A stretch of DNA of 63,512 nt, filler included, from an uncultured Synergistales bacterium (GTDB lineage: Bacteria; Synergistota; Synergistia; Synergistales; Aminobacteriaceae), in assembly GCA_937897575.1 (NCBI GenBank). It is 5 parts of 5 records of this genome, joined end to end, with 100 filler letters (N's around TTAATTAATTAA, not from the genome) between each part and the next. Parts side by side here need not be neighbours in the genome. Positions count along the whole stretch, not along the records: positions 35,685 to 63,512 come from CALCQG010000082.1; 4 more parts are not named here. The stretch is one strand, 5' to 3'. Below, in pieces: positions 53,750 through 63,512 of this stretch (positions are counted from its first letter, which is position 1; each line of letters opens with the position of its first letter). A program made the position numbers and the translations under genes. The notes below the pieces were generated by a model. That model did no database searches. It had not been told where the DNA came from and saw only the letters and a list, made by a program, of their open reading frames with translations.

Positions 53750-55165
53750 CTATTCCTCCTCGTCCGCAGGGACAACCTTCCAGAAATAGGTGCTGACCCC
53801 GTTGGCCTTAAACATTTTTCTGAGGCTAGGGCGTACAAGCATGCTCACTCTTATGTCCTCCTTTTTACAGTCGACCAGATAGCTCATCATCTTGCCGCCG
53901 CCCTCGAATTCCACTACCACAAGGAAGTTGGGTGAGTCCAGCGACAAGGACAGGCCGTCAATAGTAAAAGTCCGTATGTGGGCTTTTTTATCCAGAAAGT
54001 TGTATGGCTCCATGGTGTCGATGCTGTGACAGTGGACACAGACGCGCTGAGGGGGAAAGACCGCCATGCCGCAAACCTTGCACCGGCATCCTTGAAGGTG
54101 GTGGTTTTTCTGATAGTTGCGGTAATAATCTGGAAGGGAGGAACGTTCCTGCGCGGGCCTTTTTTGAGGTTCGCAGATAACCATCTCCTTCCATTTCAGA
54201 TATTTTCCGTAGGAGAGATCCTCATTCTTACGGGCCAAACACTTCTGGAGCCTGCTGCGACAACTGCCTGCCCTGTCCGTTACGGTAAACGCCAATACAT
54301 CGCAGCCCTCGCCATAAGTGATGACCAGGATGCGATCCCCGGCCCGGGCACTGTCCAGAGCGGAGGCCAGCATCAGGCCAGCCGCGGCATTTCCCGTATT
54401 ACCTATTTCCGGGTACATGCTCTCAACAATCTGTGCAGGCGCAAAACCCAGCTTCGCGGCCACGGAGAACCGTGTCTTATCATCATGGCCGTAGAGCACC
54501 ACCTTACTGAAATCACTGGGCTGGGAACCGCTTTCAGCAAAAAAGCCTTTCAAAGCGGCTTTTACCAGAGGGCTGTAGAGTTCACTGCCAGCGTAACGAA
54601 CATCCCAGTTTCGCAAAAAGAGATCATCGTCGGCTCTCCATTGGTCGATAGCATTCCGGGACAGGCTGTGGCTGCCGTCCAGACGGGCAAAGATGTTTTC
54701 GGTACCCAGACGGAAAGCTGCGGCACCATCGCCTAAATCTGTCTCAAATATCCCGTCGGCAGCCCCCAGGCGGCAATCACTGAAGGTCACCAGGGCGCTT
54801 CCGCCGCTTCTCTCAAGGAGATCGCAGGCACTCAGCATCGCCGCAGATCCGGCGCGCAGTGAATTGCCCACGTCACAGGTCCGAAGGTCTTCCCGTGCGC
54901 CCAGCACTGCCACGATCTCGGCAGCGCACTGCTTCTCCCTGTAGGGGGACGAAGCCGAGGCAAAATACACGGCCTTCAGGTCAGACAAGTCCTGGCCTAC
55001 TGCGGCATCCATGGCCGCAGCGGCAGCCATGGTGAAGCTGTCCTCATCGCAGTAAGCCACAGCTCTCGTACCTTTGTCTGCTCGTTTGCCGAAGGCCTGG
55101 GCAACGGTATCCTTTTTGAGTCTGTAGTAAGGAACATACGCTCCATACGAAACGATCCCCACCAT
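53750..55165 (-). CDS. HMG-CoA-synthase-like domain fused to DUF35 (Zn ribbon + OB fold)
   Basis: MVGIVSYGAYVPYYRL, DEDS.TMA, GDGAAA, IGNTG; C-terminal CKVC...FPPQRVCVHC. Confidence 0.85.
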   Translation of the reverse strand: MVGIVSYGAYVPYYRLKKDTVAQAFGKRADKGTRAVAYCDEDSFTMAAAAAMDAAVGQDLSDLKAVYFASASSPYREKQCAAEIVAVLGAREDLRTCDVGNSLRAGSAAMLSACDLLERSGGSALVTFSDCRLGAADGIFETDLGDGAAAFRLGTENIFARLDGSHSLSRNAIDQWRADDDLFLRNWDVRYAGSELYSPLVKAALKGFFAESGSQPSDFSKVVLYGHDDKTRFSVAAKLGFAPAQIVESMYPEIGNTGNAAAGLMLASALDSARAGDRILVITYGEGCDVLAFTVTDRAGSCRSRLQKCLARKNEDLSYGKYLKWKEMVICEPQKRPAQERSSLPDYYRNYQKNHHLQGCRCKVCGMAVFPPQRVCVHCHSIDTMEPYNFLDKKAHIRTFTIDGLSLSLDSPNFLVVVEFEGGGKMMSYLVDCKKEDIRVSMLVRPSLRKMFKANGVSTYFWKVVPADEEE

Positions 55166-55186
55166 TTTTTCACCTTCTAACCGAGA

Positions 55187-56143
55187 TTAGTACCCGGACG
55201 CCCGAAAGCATGAGACGAAATGACCGGGTGAAACTTCGTGCATGAGCGGTTCTTCTTCTTTGCAGAGGTCTATGCATTCGCCGCAGCGGTTGCTGAATCT
55301 GCAGATCTTTGCAGGTTCAATTGGTGAGGAAAGTTCACCTTTCAGGAGTATTCGCTCAGTGCGCCTGTCGATATCCGGTATTGGAATTGCGGAGAGCAGC
55401 GCCTTTGTGTAGGGGTGCAGCGGATGGGCAAACAGTGCCTCTGTCGGTGCCTTTTCCACCATCCGCCCCAGGTACATGACCGCGATGTCATCAGAAAAAT
55501 GCCGCACCACGCTCAGATCGTGAGTGATGAACAGGTAGGTGAGTCCCAGCTCACGCTGCAGCTGTTTCATCAAGTTTAAAATCTGGGCCTGGATAGACAC
55601 GTCCAGGGCAGACACAGGCTCATCGCAGACGATAAAACGAGGTCCCAGCGCCAACGCACGGGCAATCCCGATTCTCTGGCGCCGCCCCCCGTCGAGTTCG
55701 TGAGGGTAGGAGTTGATCAGGCGCCGCGCGAGCCCGACCGTGTCCATGAGCGCAAGGACTTTTTTGTGCCGCTCTCTCTTGTCCATGATGAGTTTGTGGA
55801 TCCGGAAGGGTTCCTCGATGGCCTGAGCAACCGTAAACCGGGGATCCAGGGAACTGTAGGGGTCCTGAAAGATTATCTGCATGTCCTGGCGCTGCCTGCG
55901 AAGTTCAGAGGGACTGAGCTTCATCAAGTGTTGCCCATCAAAGATGATCTGACCGGACGTAGGCTCCGTCAGGCAAAGAATGGCCCGTCCCGTGGTGGAC
56001 TTGCCGCAGCCGCTCTCTCCAACCAGTCCCAGTGTACTCCCCCTCTCCAGGGTAAACGAGACGTCATCGACGGCGTGGAGCATCCCGTTGGGCGTTTTAA
56101 AGTATTTTTTCAGGTTTTTGACCTCAAGGAGCGGAGTGTTCAT
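55187..56143 (-). CDS. Oligopeptide-type ABC transporter ATPase (OppF-like)
   Basis: [39 protein letters not shown]. Confidence 0.93.
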   Translation of the reverse strand: MNTPLLEVKNLKKYFKTPNGMLHAVDDVSFTLERGSTLGLVGESGCGKSTTGRAILCLTEPTSGQIIFDGQHLMKLSPSELRRQRQDMQIIFQDPYSSLDPRFTVAQAIEEPFRIHKLIMDKRERHKKVLALMDTVGLARRLINSYPHELDGGRRQRIGIARALALGPRFIVCDEPVSALDVSIQAQILNLMKQLQRELGLTYLFITHDLSVVRHFSDDIAVMYLGRMVEKAPTEALFAHPLHPYTKALLSAIPIPDIDRRTERILLKGELSSPIEPAKICRFSNRCGECIDLCKEEEPLMHEVSPGHFVSCFRASGY

Positions 56144-57174
56144 TGCTTGATCCTCCCCCCAGATACAACGGTTTTCTCATCGTAGAGATGGCATTCCACA
56201 TAGTGTTCCGTGCTAGCATAATACCGAGACGGCCTCGTTTTGGCGCAGATATCCATGGCATAGCCGCAGCGGGGGTGGAATGGGCATCCTGTCGGAATCC
56301 TGGTGGGATCGGGCATAAGTCCAGGGATTGGTTTAAGCTCTGCCTTGGGGTTTTCCATGTCGGGCAGAGAATTAAAGAGTCCCTCAGTGTAGGGATGTCG
56401 GGTGTTTATGAAGATATCCCTCAGGGTTCCGTGCTCGACCACGCGTCCATCGTAAATGACGGCCACAAGATCGCAGATCTCCACGACGATACCCAAGTCA
56501 TGCGTTATCATCAGCATAGACATCTGATATTTCTTTCGCAGTTCCCTCATCATGTCCAGCACCTGGGCCTGAATCGTCACGTCCAGCGCTGTTGTAGGCT
56601 CGTCAGCGATCAGCAGGTAGGGACTGCAGGCAAGGGCAATGGCGATGATAACACGCTGCTTCATACCACCTGAAAACTGGTGGGGGTATTCATGTGCCCT
56701 GTTGCGGGGGATTCCGACCATTTCCAACATCTCCAGGGCCTTGGGCAGTGATTCTCTGGGGGAGATCTTCTCATGATGCTCGATGACCTCCATGATTTGA
56801 TCCACAACGGGGACAACGGGATTCAACGAGGTCATGGGGTCCTGAAAGATCATGGACACTTTGTTGCCCCGGATGAGATTCATCTCTTTTTCGCTTTTTT
56901 TCAGGATGGATTCTCCGCCCAGAAAGATGCTCCCGCTGACGATTACTCCCGGCGGTGACGGGATCAAGTTCATTATGGCAAGCCCCGTAGTACTCTTCCC
57001 GGCCCCTGTTTCTCCCACCAGGCCCAGAGTTCTGCCCTTCGGGATCTGCAGGTCGATACCGTTCAGGGCGTAAACGGTTCCTTCCATAGTGCGGTATTCG
57101 ACACGAAGATCCCTAATGTCCAATTCAAGGCTGTCCATGGGGCTCGGAGCCGTTACTGCGTCATTTTGGTTCAT
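56140..57174 (-). CDS. Oligopeptide-type ABC transporter ATPase (OppD-like)
   Basis: [43 protein letters not shown]. Confidence 0.93.
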   Translation of the reverse strand: MNQNDAVTAPSPMDSLELDIRDLRVEYRTMEGTVYALNGIDLQIPKGRTLGLVGETGAGKSTTGLAIMNLIPSPPGVIVSGSIFLGGESILKKSEKEMNLIRGNKVSMIFQDPMTSLNPVVPVVDQIMEVIEHHEKISPRESLPKALEMLEMVGIPRNRAHEYPHQFSGGMKQRVIIAIALACSPYLLIADEPTTALDVTIQAQVLDMMRELRKKYQMSMLMITHDLGIVVEICDLVAVIYDGRVVEHGTLRDIFINTRHPYTEGLFNSLPDMENPKAELKPIPGLMPDPTRIPTGCPFHPRCGYAMDICAKTRPSRYYASTEHYVECHLYDEKTVVSGGRIKQ

Positions 57175-57186
57175 GTAGAAGCCTCC

Positions 57187-58092
57187 TCACTTGAGTCGAG
57201 GGTCCAGAGCGTCCCTGAGACCATCCCCCAGAAGGTTCAGGGACAGGATGCAGAGCATGATCGCCATACCTGGGAAAAAGCAGAGGTAGCTGTAGTTCCG
57301 GATATAGGTGCGGGCACTGGCAAGCATGGCTCCCCACTCCGGCGTCGGGGGCTGGATGCCCAGTCCCACAAAACTCATTCCGGACAGCAGCAATATGAGC
57401 GTGCCCACGGTAATTGTCAGCTGCACGAAAAGAGGGGAGATACTGTTGGGGAGTACGTGACGGATGAGGATATAGCTTTCCCTGGCGCCCAAAGCGCGGG
57501 CTGCTTCAATGTATTCGGCGTTTCTGACCGACATGACGGAACTGCGGAGGATACGGGCGAATTTCGGGATGTTCGCAACTGAGCAGGCAATAATCAGGTT
57601 TGAGACGCTTGTCCCCAGCGCCGACACAATGACGATGGCAAAAAGTGTGGCCGGAATTGCTAGAAGCACGTCCATGAAACGCATGATCACGTTGCTCAGT
57701 CGCTCTCCGTAGAAACCTGCTATGGCCCCAAGCGCTCCTCCGATGACCATGGCAACGAGCACTGCCGCAACGCTTATCAAGATGGAAGTACGGGAACCAT
57801 GGATGACTCGGGCCAGGACGTCACGTCCCGATTCGTCGGTTCCAAAAGGATGCGCCACCGAAGGAGCCTGCAGCCGGGCCGGGATGTTTTGCTTGATGGC
57901 AACATCCTTATAGTCATAGAGCAGATTCGCACCGAGCATGAGAAGGAAATAGATCGTGAGTATGGCCAGCCCCGCCATGGAGCCCTTGTTCCTCTTCAGA
58001 CGTTTCCACGTGTAATAGGCCTGACTTCTTGGTTTCTTAGCTGTCGCCGAAGACACAGTGTCTAATGTCGTCTCTTCCATCGCATAATTCAC
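57187..58092 (-). CDS. Oligopeptide-type ABC transporter permease (OppC-like)
   Basis: HPFGTDESGRD, YIEAARALG, PPTPEWG, NLLGDGLRDALDPR. Confidence 0.93.
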   Translation of the reverse strand: MNYAMEETTLDTVSSATAKKPRSQAYYTWKRLKRNKGSMAGLAILTIYFLLMLGANLLYDYKDVAIKQNIPARLQAPSVAHPFGTDESGRDVLARVIHGSRTSILISVAAVLVAMVIGGALGAIAGFYGERLSNVIMRFMDVLLAIPATLFAIVIVSALGTSVSNLIIACSVANIPKFARILRSSVMSVRNAEYIEAARALGARESYILIRHVLPNSISPLFVQLTITVGTLILLLSGMSFVGLGIQPPTPEWGAMLASARTYIRNYSYLCFFPGMAIMLCILSLNLLGDGLRDALDPRLK

Positions 58093-59022
58093 CTAGGCTT
58101 TCTTATAAATAGCTTTTATGCGGGGGTCAACAAACCCGTAGAGGATATCCACGATCAGGTTGATGATCGAAAAGGTCAAAACAAAGATCACAACGCAACC
58201 GAGGACGCAGGGGGTATCCCGCCAAGAGATGGAACTGACCAGAAAACGTCCGATGCCAGGCCATGAGAAGACCGTCTCCGTGACCACTGCACCGGAGAGC
58301 AAGGCTCCCACCTGAAGACCAGCAACCGTGATGGTAGGGAGCAGGGAATTTTTTAGGGCGTGACGGCGGATTACTTGATTGTAAGCAATCCCCTTGGCCC
58401 TGGCGGTGCGTATGTAATCCTGCCGGATAACCTCAAGCATCGAAGAACGGGTTACCCTGGCAATGGTCGCCAGACCGGCCACGCTTTGTGTGATTGCCGG
58501 CATGATAAGATGCGCCCAGCTGCCGGATCCCGAAACAGGAAGCATCTTCAGTTTTACGCCGAAGGAAAGGATGAGCAGGAGCCCCAGCCAGAAGGGCGGT
58601 ATAGATATCCCCAGAAGACAGAAGACCATGCTCGAGGTATCAAAGAAAGTGTTCTGCCGTATAGCTGCAATGACCCCAAGCGGTATGGCCAGGATGATGG
58701 TGATGATAGAAGCGACCACGGCCAACAGGGCAGTATAGGGGATGCGGGCTGCCAGTTCCTCTGTGACCGGGGCACCGGATTTATAGGAGATACCCATGTC
58801 CCCCAACAGAAGGTTCTTTATATAGCGTGCGTACTGTATCAACAGGGGGTCGTCCAAGCCGAGTTCCTGGCGAAGCGCAGCCTTCTCTTCCTGGCTTGCA
58901 TCGGCGGCGAGCATTCCTACAGCGTCCCCCGGTGCAAAACTCATAATGCTGAATACAATAAAAGTGGTTCCCAGCATGATCGGGATAATCGTAAGGACTC
59001 GTTTTAAAACAAATCTCCACAT
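58093..59022 (-). CDS. Oligopeptide-type ABC transporter permease (OppB-like)
   Basis: PGD, LGLDDP...QY, DYIRTARAKG, ETVFSWPGIG, DPRI. Confidence 0.93.
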   Translation of the reverse strand: MWRFVLKRVLTIIPIMLGTTFIVFSIMSFAPGDAVGMLAADASQEEKAALRQELGLDDPLLIQYARYIKNLLLGDMGISYKSGAPVTEELAARIPYTALLAVVASIITIILAIPLGVIAAIRQNTFFDTSSMVFCLLGISIPPFWLGLLLILSFGVKLKMLPVSGSGSWAHLIMPAITQSVAGLATIARVTRSSMLEVIRQDYIRTARAKGIAYNQVIRRHALKNSLLPTITVAGLQVGALLSGAVVTETVFSWPGIGRFLVSSISWRDTPCVLGCVVIFVLTFSIINLIVDILYGFVDPRIKAIYKKA

Positions 59023-59202
59023 GATTTTCCTCTCCAGATACAATCAATATTAATAAACGCAGTTGGAGCTCTTCTGTCCGTGGGGTGATCTGCTTTTGAT
59101 TGCTGCAATTCGTCCGGTTCCGGATAAAAGTTACCCTGGATATACCTGGGCATATCCAGGGTAACTGTCTTTACTCTTTCCAGATTCCCCTATCCCCTGC
59201 CG

Positions 59203-60726
59203 CTATTTTCTCCAATAGAAATTTTCCAAGCGGAACATACCCATGGGATCAATCTCAACGCCCTCAAGGTTTGCGTTGTAGGCTATGAGAACCTTACTCT
59301 GGTAGATAGGCACAAAGGGCTGTTGGGCGTTGATCGTCTTGTTGACCTCGGTGACCAAAGCCTTTCGGGCAGTGGGATCGGTGGTCTGAGCAATGGAGTC
59401 GATCATTCCATTCATGTCAAGTCCTGCCTGACGGAACTGAGAGGAAGATGTTCCCGTGTTGCGGAACACTCCGTTGAGCCAGGTTAAAAGATCGTTAGAA
59501 GTGTAGGCACTGATGTAGGACATGAAGTCGCCGGAGTTATACACCTGAGTCAGAGTGGCCGAATCGACCTGCTCAATTGTGCAGTTGATTCCGATTTCCA
59601 GAAGGTTGCTCTGGATAACCTCGGCAGCCCTGCGGCGTACGTCAGTGGAAACGATAATGGCAAATTTCAGGGAAGAAGGATCGCCACCCCAGGTCTTCAG
59701 GTACTCCCTTGCCTTGTCCAGGTCAAAGGTGGTGGCATTTTCCATCGTCCAGCCGTCCATGATGATGGGGATGCTCGAATAGATCGGGGCACCGAAATTT
59801 TCCAATGCCACGGCTATGATGGACTCCCTATTGACGGCACAGCTGATTGCCTTCCGCAGGTTCTCGTCCTTGAAGGGCCCCTTTGCGTTGTTCAGCGCGA
59901 GATAGGTGAACATGGAACCGTCCGTAACGGACACCACAACGTCCTCATTTTCCTGAAGACGGGGGATATCCAGTGCGTCAACGTTAATGACAAAGTCCAC
60001 TTCACCTGTCTCAAGGGCGATGGAGCGCGAGGTGCCTTCGGCTATGATCTTCCAGACAACCTCTTTGATCTTGGGCATCTTGTCCTTGTGGTAGTAGTTC
60101 TCGTTGGATACAAAAGTGATGGAGTCGCCTTTGGCCCACTTGGACAGTTTAAAAGGACCGCTGCCCACAGGCTTGTTGTTAAAATCATGACCGGAAGCAA
60201 TCAGTTCAGAGGGTAAAATATAGCAGGCCTTGTTGGAAAGGGCTTCGGGAGCAGTACTAAAGACCTTGGCCGTCATGATCTTCACCGTGTAGTCATCCAC
60301 TGCCTCCACGTCAGTGTACCAGTTCGTCAGACTTTTGACAGTAGGGCGCGTCTGGGCATATTTCAGCGTAGCAACAACGTCTTTAGCGGTCAGGTCGGAG
60401 CCGTCGCTGAACTTCACTCCTTCGCGTATCTTGAACACCCAGATGGTTTCCAAGCCCTGTGCGTTTTTTTCGATGTGATAGTCTGTACACAAGTCCTTTT
60501 CGATGCCATCGGTGGTGTTTTTAAAGAGACCGCTGTAAATCATAAAACATGGATAGTAGGCGGCGATGGCATTATTCTCCACTGTAGACAGATTTGCCGG
60601 CTCCGTTTCATAGGCAAAGATGATGGTGTCCTTCACCCCTGCCGCAGATGCTGGCGCGGGAACAAAAAGACCCGAAGCCGCAAAAGCAACCAGCAAACAT
60701 AGAACGCCCATCAACTTTTTCATCAT
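59203..60726 (-). CDS. Family 5 ABC substrate-binding protein (OppA/DppA-like)
   Basis: AGGAGG RBS, signal peptide, FKIREGVKFSDG..LTAKDV, PVGSGPFK. Confidence 0.92.
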   Translation of the reverse strand: MMKKLMGVLCLLVAFAASGLFVPAPASAAGVKDTIIFAYETEPANLSTVENNAIAAYYPCFMIYSGLFKNTTDGIEKDLCTDYHIEKNAQGLETIWVFKIREGVKFSDGSDLTAKDVVATLKYAQTRPTVKSLTNWYTDVEAVDDYTVKIMTAKVFSTAPEALSNKACYILPSELIASGHDFNNKPVGSGPFKLSKWAKGDSITFVSNENYYHKDKMPKIKEVVWKIIAEGTSRSIALETGEVDFVINVDALDIPRLQENEDVVVSVTDGSMFTYLALNNAKGPFKDENLRKAISCAVNRESIIAVALENFGAPIYSSIPIIMDGWTMENATTFDLDKAREYLKTWGGDPSSLKFAIIVSTDVRRRAAEVIQSNLLEIGINCTIEQVDSATLTQVYNSGDFMSYISAYTSNDLLTWLNGVFRNTGTSSSQFRQAGLDMNGMIDSIAQTTDPTARKALVTEVNKTINAQQPFVPIYQSKVLIAYNANLEGVEIDPMGMFRLENFYWRK

Positions 60727-60907
60727 TGTACCTCCTAAAAAAGTTTTCGCTTCACGTGAGAAGCTGGGGATATCTTTCCGGATTCCGTCTAATGCAGTCA
60801 GTTCCAAAACAACCTCATGTAACCATCTTTGAACGGCAAATCATAAAATCCGTCAAAAATAATTTACATGAATTTTTAATGTGTCCGAAAAAATCTCCTT
60901 AAGTTTG

Positions 60908-60936
60908 ATTCTAGGAGCAATTTCTGGTAAAGTCAA
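60908..60936 (-). promoter_or_regulatory. Sigma70-type promoter of the island operon
   Basis: TTGACT-17 nt-TAGAAT on minus strand. Confidence 0.65.
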
Positions 60937-61047
60937 TTTCATGTATTTATCGTATTTTATGGTGTTTTTGTCCGTTTTTTCGATTTGCCTTTTACTCCAA
61001 AATAGATTTTTAATGGTTTTACTGAGCTACTCTGCAAAATTGATGAT

Positions 61048-62037
61048 ATGAATATAAGTCAAATGGAGGAAGAGAGTGTGGGGCAACTTCTCGACATCAT
61101 ATGGGGCAATCGTTCGGCCATGGCTCAAGGGCAGCAGATGCAGGAACATAGCCACAGCTGTCATCAACTCTACTACATTCTGACGGGTGATCCAGTCTTC
61201 ATCATCAGCAGTGAAAAGGTCCATGTTCACAGCGGCTCCTGTTTCCTCATCCCCCCCGCCTCCCCTCATCAAATGTTGACACTTAATGATGAGGGGCTTC
61301 AGAGTTATGAGATCAAGCTCATCATCAATGATCCGTTTCTCAGCGGTCACCTACAACAGTTCTTACCGCCCTTGGAAGACAATGGAATTCTGAAAGAGAT
61401 GTTGACCTATGTTGTGGAGAACTACAACTGCTACAATGCCGAGAACGCTCGAAACATTGAGTACATCCTTTCCGCGCTTCTAATGCGCTTTTTTATCCAT
61501 AGGGTCCACTATGAAAACCCCGGTTCTCGGTTCATCCTGACGGAGGGCTACAGCCCCGTCACCCGTGCCGTCCTAGTCCATATTGAAAAAAACTTTCAGC
61601 GCAGTTTTTCCCTTCCCCCCCTTGCAGAGAAATTGCATTACAGCCGGAACTACCTCTGCACTCTCTTCAGAAAAAACACGGGTGTCACCATCATCGACTA
61701 CCTGAATTTTGTCCGCATCAGGCAGGCCGTCATCTTCTTTGCATTTTACGGGCTTGATGTCTTTACCGTCTGCGAGAGTACGGGGTTCCGTAATTCCAGT
61801 TATTTCAGCAGGTCTTTCAAGTCTCTTGTGAGCATTTCTCCGCGAGATTTTCGCCGTGCATTTTCTACGGGTACACGCAGGGAAGTCTTGGATTGTTTTA
61901 TGCAGGAACCGATTCTGAACTATCGTCTCTGTTCCATGAAGGAGGCTTTTCTGTCCCTGAAGAACACGGGACAGAAGGCGATGAAGTTGCTTCAGGAATA
62001 CCATTTGACTGCGAGGAAGGAATTGGCCGCTGAGTAG
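61048..62037 (+). CDS. AraC-family regulator with cupin sensor domain
   Basis: HSHSCHQLYY...IPP..PH cupin; LAEKLHYSRNYL..LFRK, GFRNSSYFSRSFK. Confidence 0.92.
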   Translation: MNISQMEEESVGQLLDIIWGNRSAMAQGQQMQEHSHSCHQLYYILTGDPVFIISSEKVHVHSGSCFLIPPASPHQMLTLNDEGLQSYEIKLIINDPFLSGHLQQFLPPLEDNGILKEMLTYVVENYNCYNAENARNIEYILSALLMRFFIHRVHYENPGSRFILTEGYSPVTRAVLVHIEKNFQRSFSLPPLAEKLHYSRNYLCTLFRKNTGVTIIDYLNFVRIRQAVIFFAFYGLDVFTVCESTGFRNSSYFSRSFKSLVSISPRDFRRAFSTGTRREVLDCFMQEPILNYRLCSMKEAFLSLKNTGQKAMKLLQEYHLTARKELAAE

Positions 62038-62254
62038 AGGCTGTCTGGAAGCTAAGAGGTGAAGGTGCTGATTAAAGGACTCAGTTTTGCTTTCCTCCTG
62101 ACCGTACGAAGCGCGGCCTCACATCTCGATAGGCGTGTTTTGCAGATGAAGAGAAGAACTCTCAAACGTGTAAATGCTGTGTTTTCATGATTTTCGTGTT
62201 TTCATGTTCCGCATTCATAGCGATGCCTTGTTTTTTAATAATCATGTTCTCTTA

Positions 62255-63045
62255 TGTATAAGAATCTGTAACGTTGTTTACGGTTGTTCGGGATAAAATA
62301 CTTCGCGGTTTTTCTCTAGGGGGGCAGATTTCCTATACCTTTATGGGGTTTTATCCAGTTATCCCAGTACACGAACCTCTCAATTCATTCTTCCGGTGCG
62401 AACTTGACTAGCACTTCGTCTTCACAGCCACTGCTCAGTGAATGTTCGGATAATATGCTCTGCCTTTTCGTTTGTTGGGAGCGTATTAGTCCGGATGGAA
62501 CTCTGCCCTATTCCCGTTTCCTCGCACTTCGTCATGAAGGCGTGAGACTCAGGAATGGGAAGTATATCTCGGTATTGTCTGTCTAGTACACCTCTACGGT
62601 ATAGAGCACTCCCTCCGGTCCCTGATCCAGAAACGGCAAGCCAAGGCGGACGTCTTGTCGGGAAGTATGGCTGCATAGAGCTTTCTGCTGTCCTTTTCGA
62701 GGCTTGCGATTCTCACGCATTACTCTGACCCCCTCGCTCTGTCAAAATGGTAACTGGCGCAAAACGACACTGCCGTTTCAGTCATCTACTATCAATGGTT
62801 CTCTGCTGAAGCCATCCACCGTTACAAAGAGATACTCTCTCGGGTCTGCTGTCTTCTAGTTCTTAGGAGCGAAAAGCGTTTCGTATCGCCGTGGGCCATC
62901 TGCCCGGGGTCGCCTTTATTCCCCTCACTTTGTTGGGCATAAGCGACTGACTCGGCTCACCTCGTATCACCGGTTAGCGGCTTGTGCCTTTCACCTCCTT
63001 CTTCAATCACGATTCAAGGTCTCTTTCTACCTTCGCAAGGCAGCA
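62255..63045 (-). pseudogene. Decayed IS481-family transposase with one terminal end
   Basis: Collinear fragments in changing frames: LAKVERDLE, NKGDPGQMAHGDTKR, REYLFVTVDGFSRE, HAFM..C...GI, TNEKAEHIIRT, KPHKGIG; end begins TGT at 62255. Confidence 0.7.
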
Positions 63046-63190
63046 AAACTCTCATTGAAGGGCGGTGAGGGAGCGTCAAAGGTCAACGGAGTATTTTTAC
63101 TCCGCTGCCATGAATCCTGAAAGCGCGGAAGGCGTGCTCCACGCAAAAGAAAGCGGAACCTCACGATACGTGAGGTTCCGCTTTGGAAAG

Positions 63191-63266
<76 letters not shown>

Positions 63267-63282
63267 ATTCCGTACTCTATTC

Positions 63283-63358
63283 TGGCGCGCCCGGCAGGAT
63301 TCGAACCCGCGACCAACAGATCCGAAGTCTGTGACTCTATCCACTGAGCTACGGGCGC
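63283..63358 (-). tRNA. tRNA-Arg(TCG)
   Basis: ACAGA-CTTCGGA-TCTGT anticodon arm, GTTCGAATC, CCA. Confidence 0.95.
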
Positions 63359-63367
63359 TCATTTTCA

Positions 63368-63445
63368 TGGGGTGAGCGAGGGGACTCGAACCCCCAACTT
63401 CTGGAGCCACAGTCCAGTGCTCTAACCGATTGAACTACGCTCACC
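63368..63445 (-). tRNA. tRNA-His(GTG)
   Basis: CTGGA-CTGTGGC-TCCAG; encoded G-1 opposite C73; CCA. Confidence 0.95.
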
Positions 63446-63457
63446 GTGTTCCATATC

Positions 63458-63512
63458 TGGCGCGCCCGGCAGGATTCGAACCCGCGACCCACGGCTTAGA
63501 AGGCCGTTGCTC
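63458..63512 (-). tRNA. tRNA-Arg(TCT), 5' end outside window
   Basis: ACGGC-CTTCTAA-GCCGT anticodon arm, GTTCGAATC, CCA. Confidence 0.9.

Overview
Draft bacterial sequence: five contigs joined by artificial N44-TTAATTAATTAA-N44 spacers (7622-7721, 14374-14473, 21737-21836, 35585-35684), so gene order across these gaps is not evidence of real adjacency. The backbone is GC-rich and looks like an anaerobic amino-acid fermenter (probably Synergistota; inference from gene content). It carries ribBA-ribH-serS, a glycosyltransferase fusion, a CBS protein, the start of a V/A-type ATPase operon, a Tct transporter with a Zn-dehydrogenase and a LarA-like protein, a selenocysteine-dependent grdE-grdB-grdX module, metNIQ, iadA, two ilvD-like genes, tig-clpP-clpX-lon-engB-valS and five tRNA genes. 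Main structures not shown by the ORF track: (1) a ~6 kb lower-GC TRAP/2xRraA/LysR island inserted in the 3' end of iadA, bounded by 61-bp direct repeats; (2) a ~15.6 kb island at tRNA-Lys(CTT), bounded by 127-bp direct repeats, with a candidate new catabolic pathway (Opp importer, catalytically degenerate HMG-CoA-synthase/DUF35 fusion, thiolase, two class III CoA transferases, 3-hydroxyacyl-CoA dehydrogenase, M20 amidohydrolase); (3) a repeat-insert-repeat lesion in tig whose 42-bp insert reads like a piece of a cysteine desulfurase gene; (4) a duplicated ~105-bp nested palindrome; (5) an in-frame Sec UGA with a SECIS-like hairpin in grdB. All family assignments come from motif recognition by eye; no database search was run.
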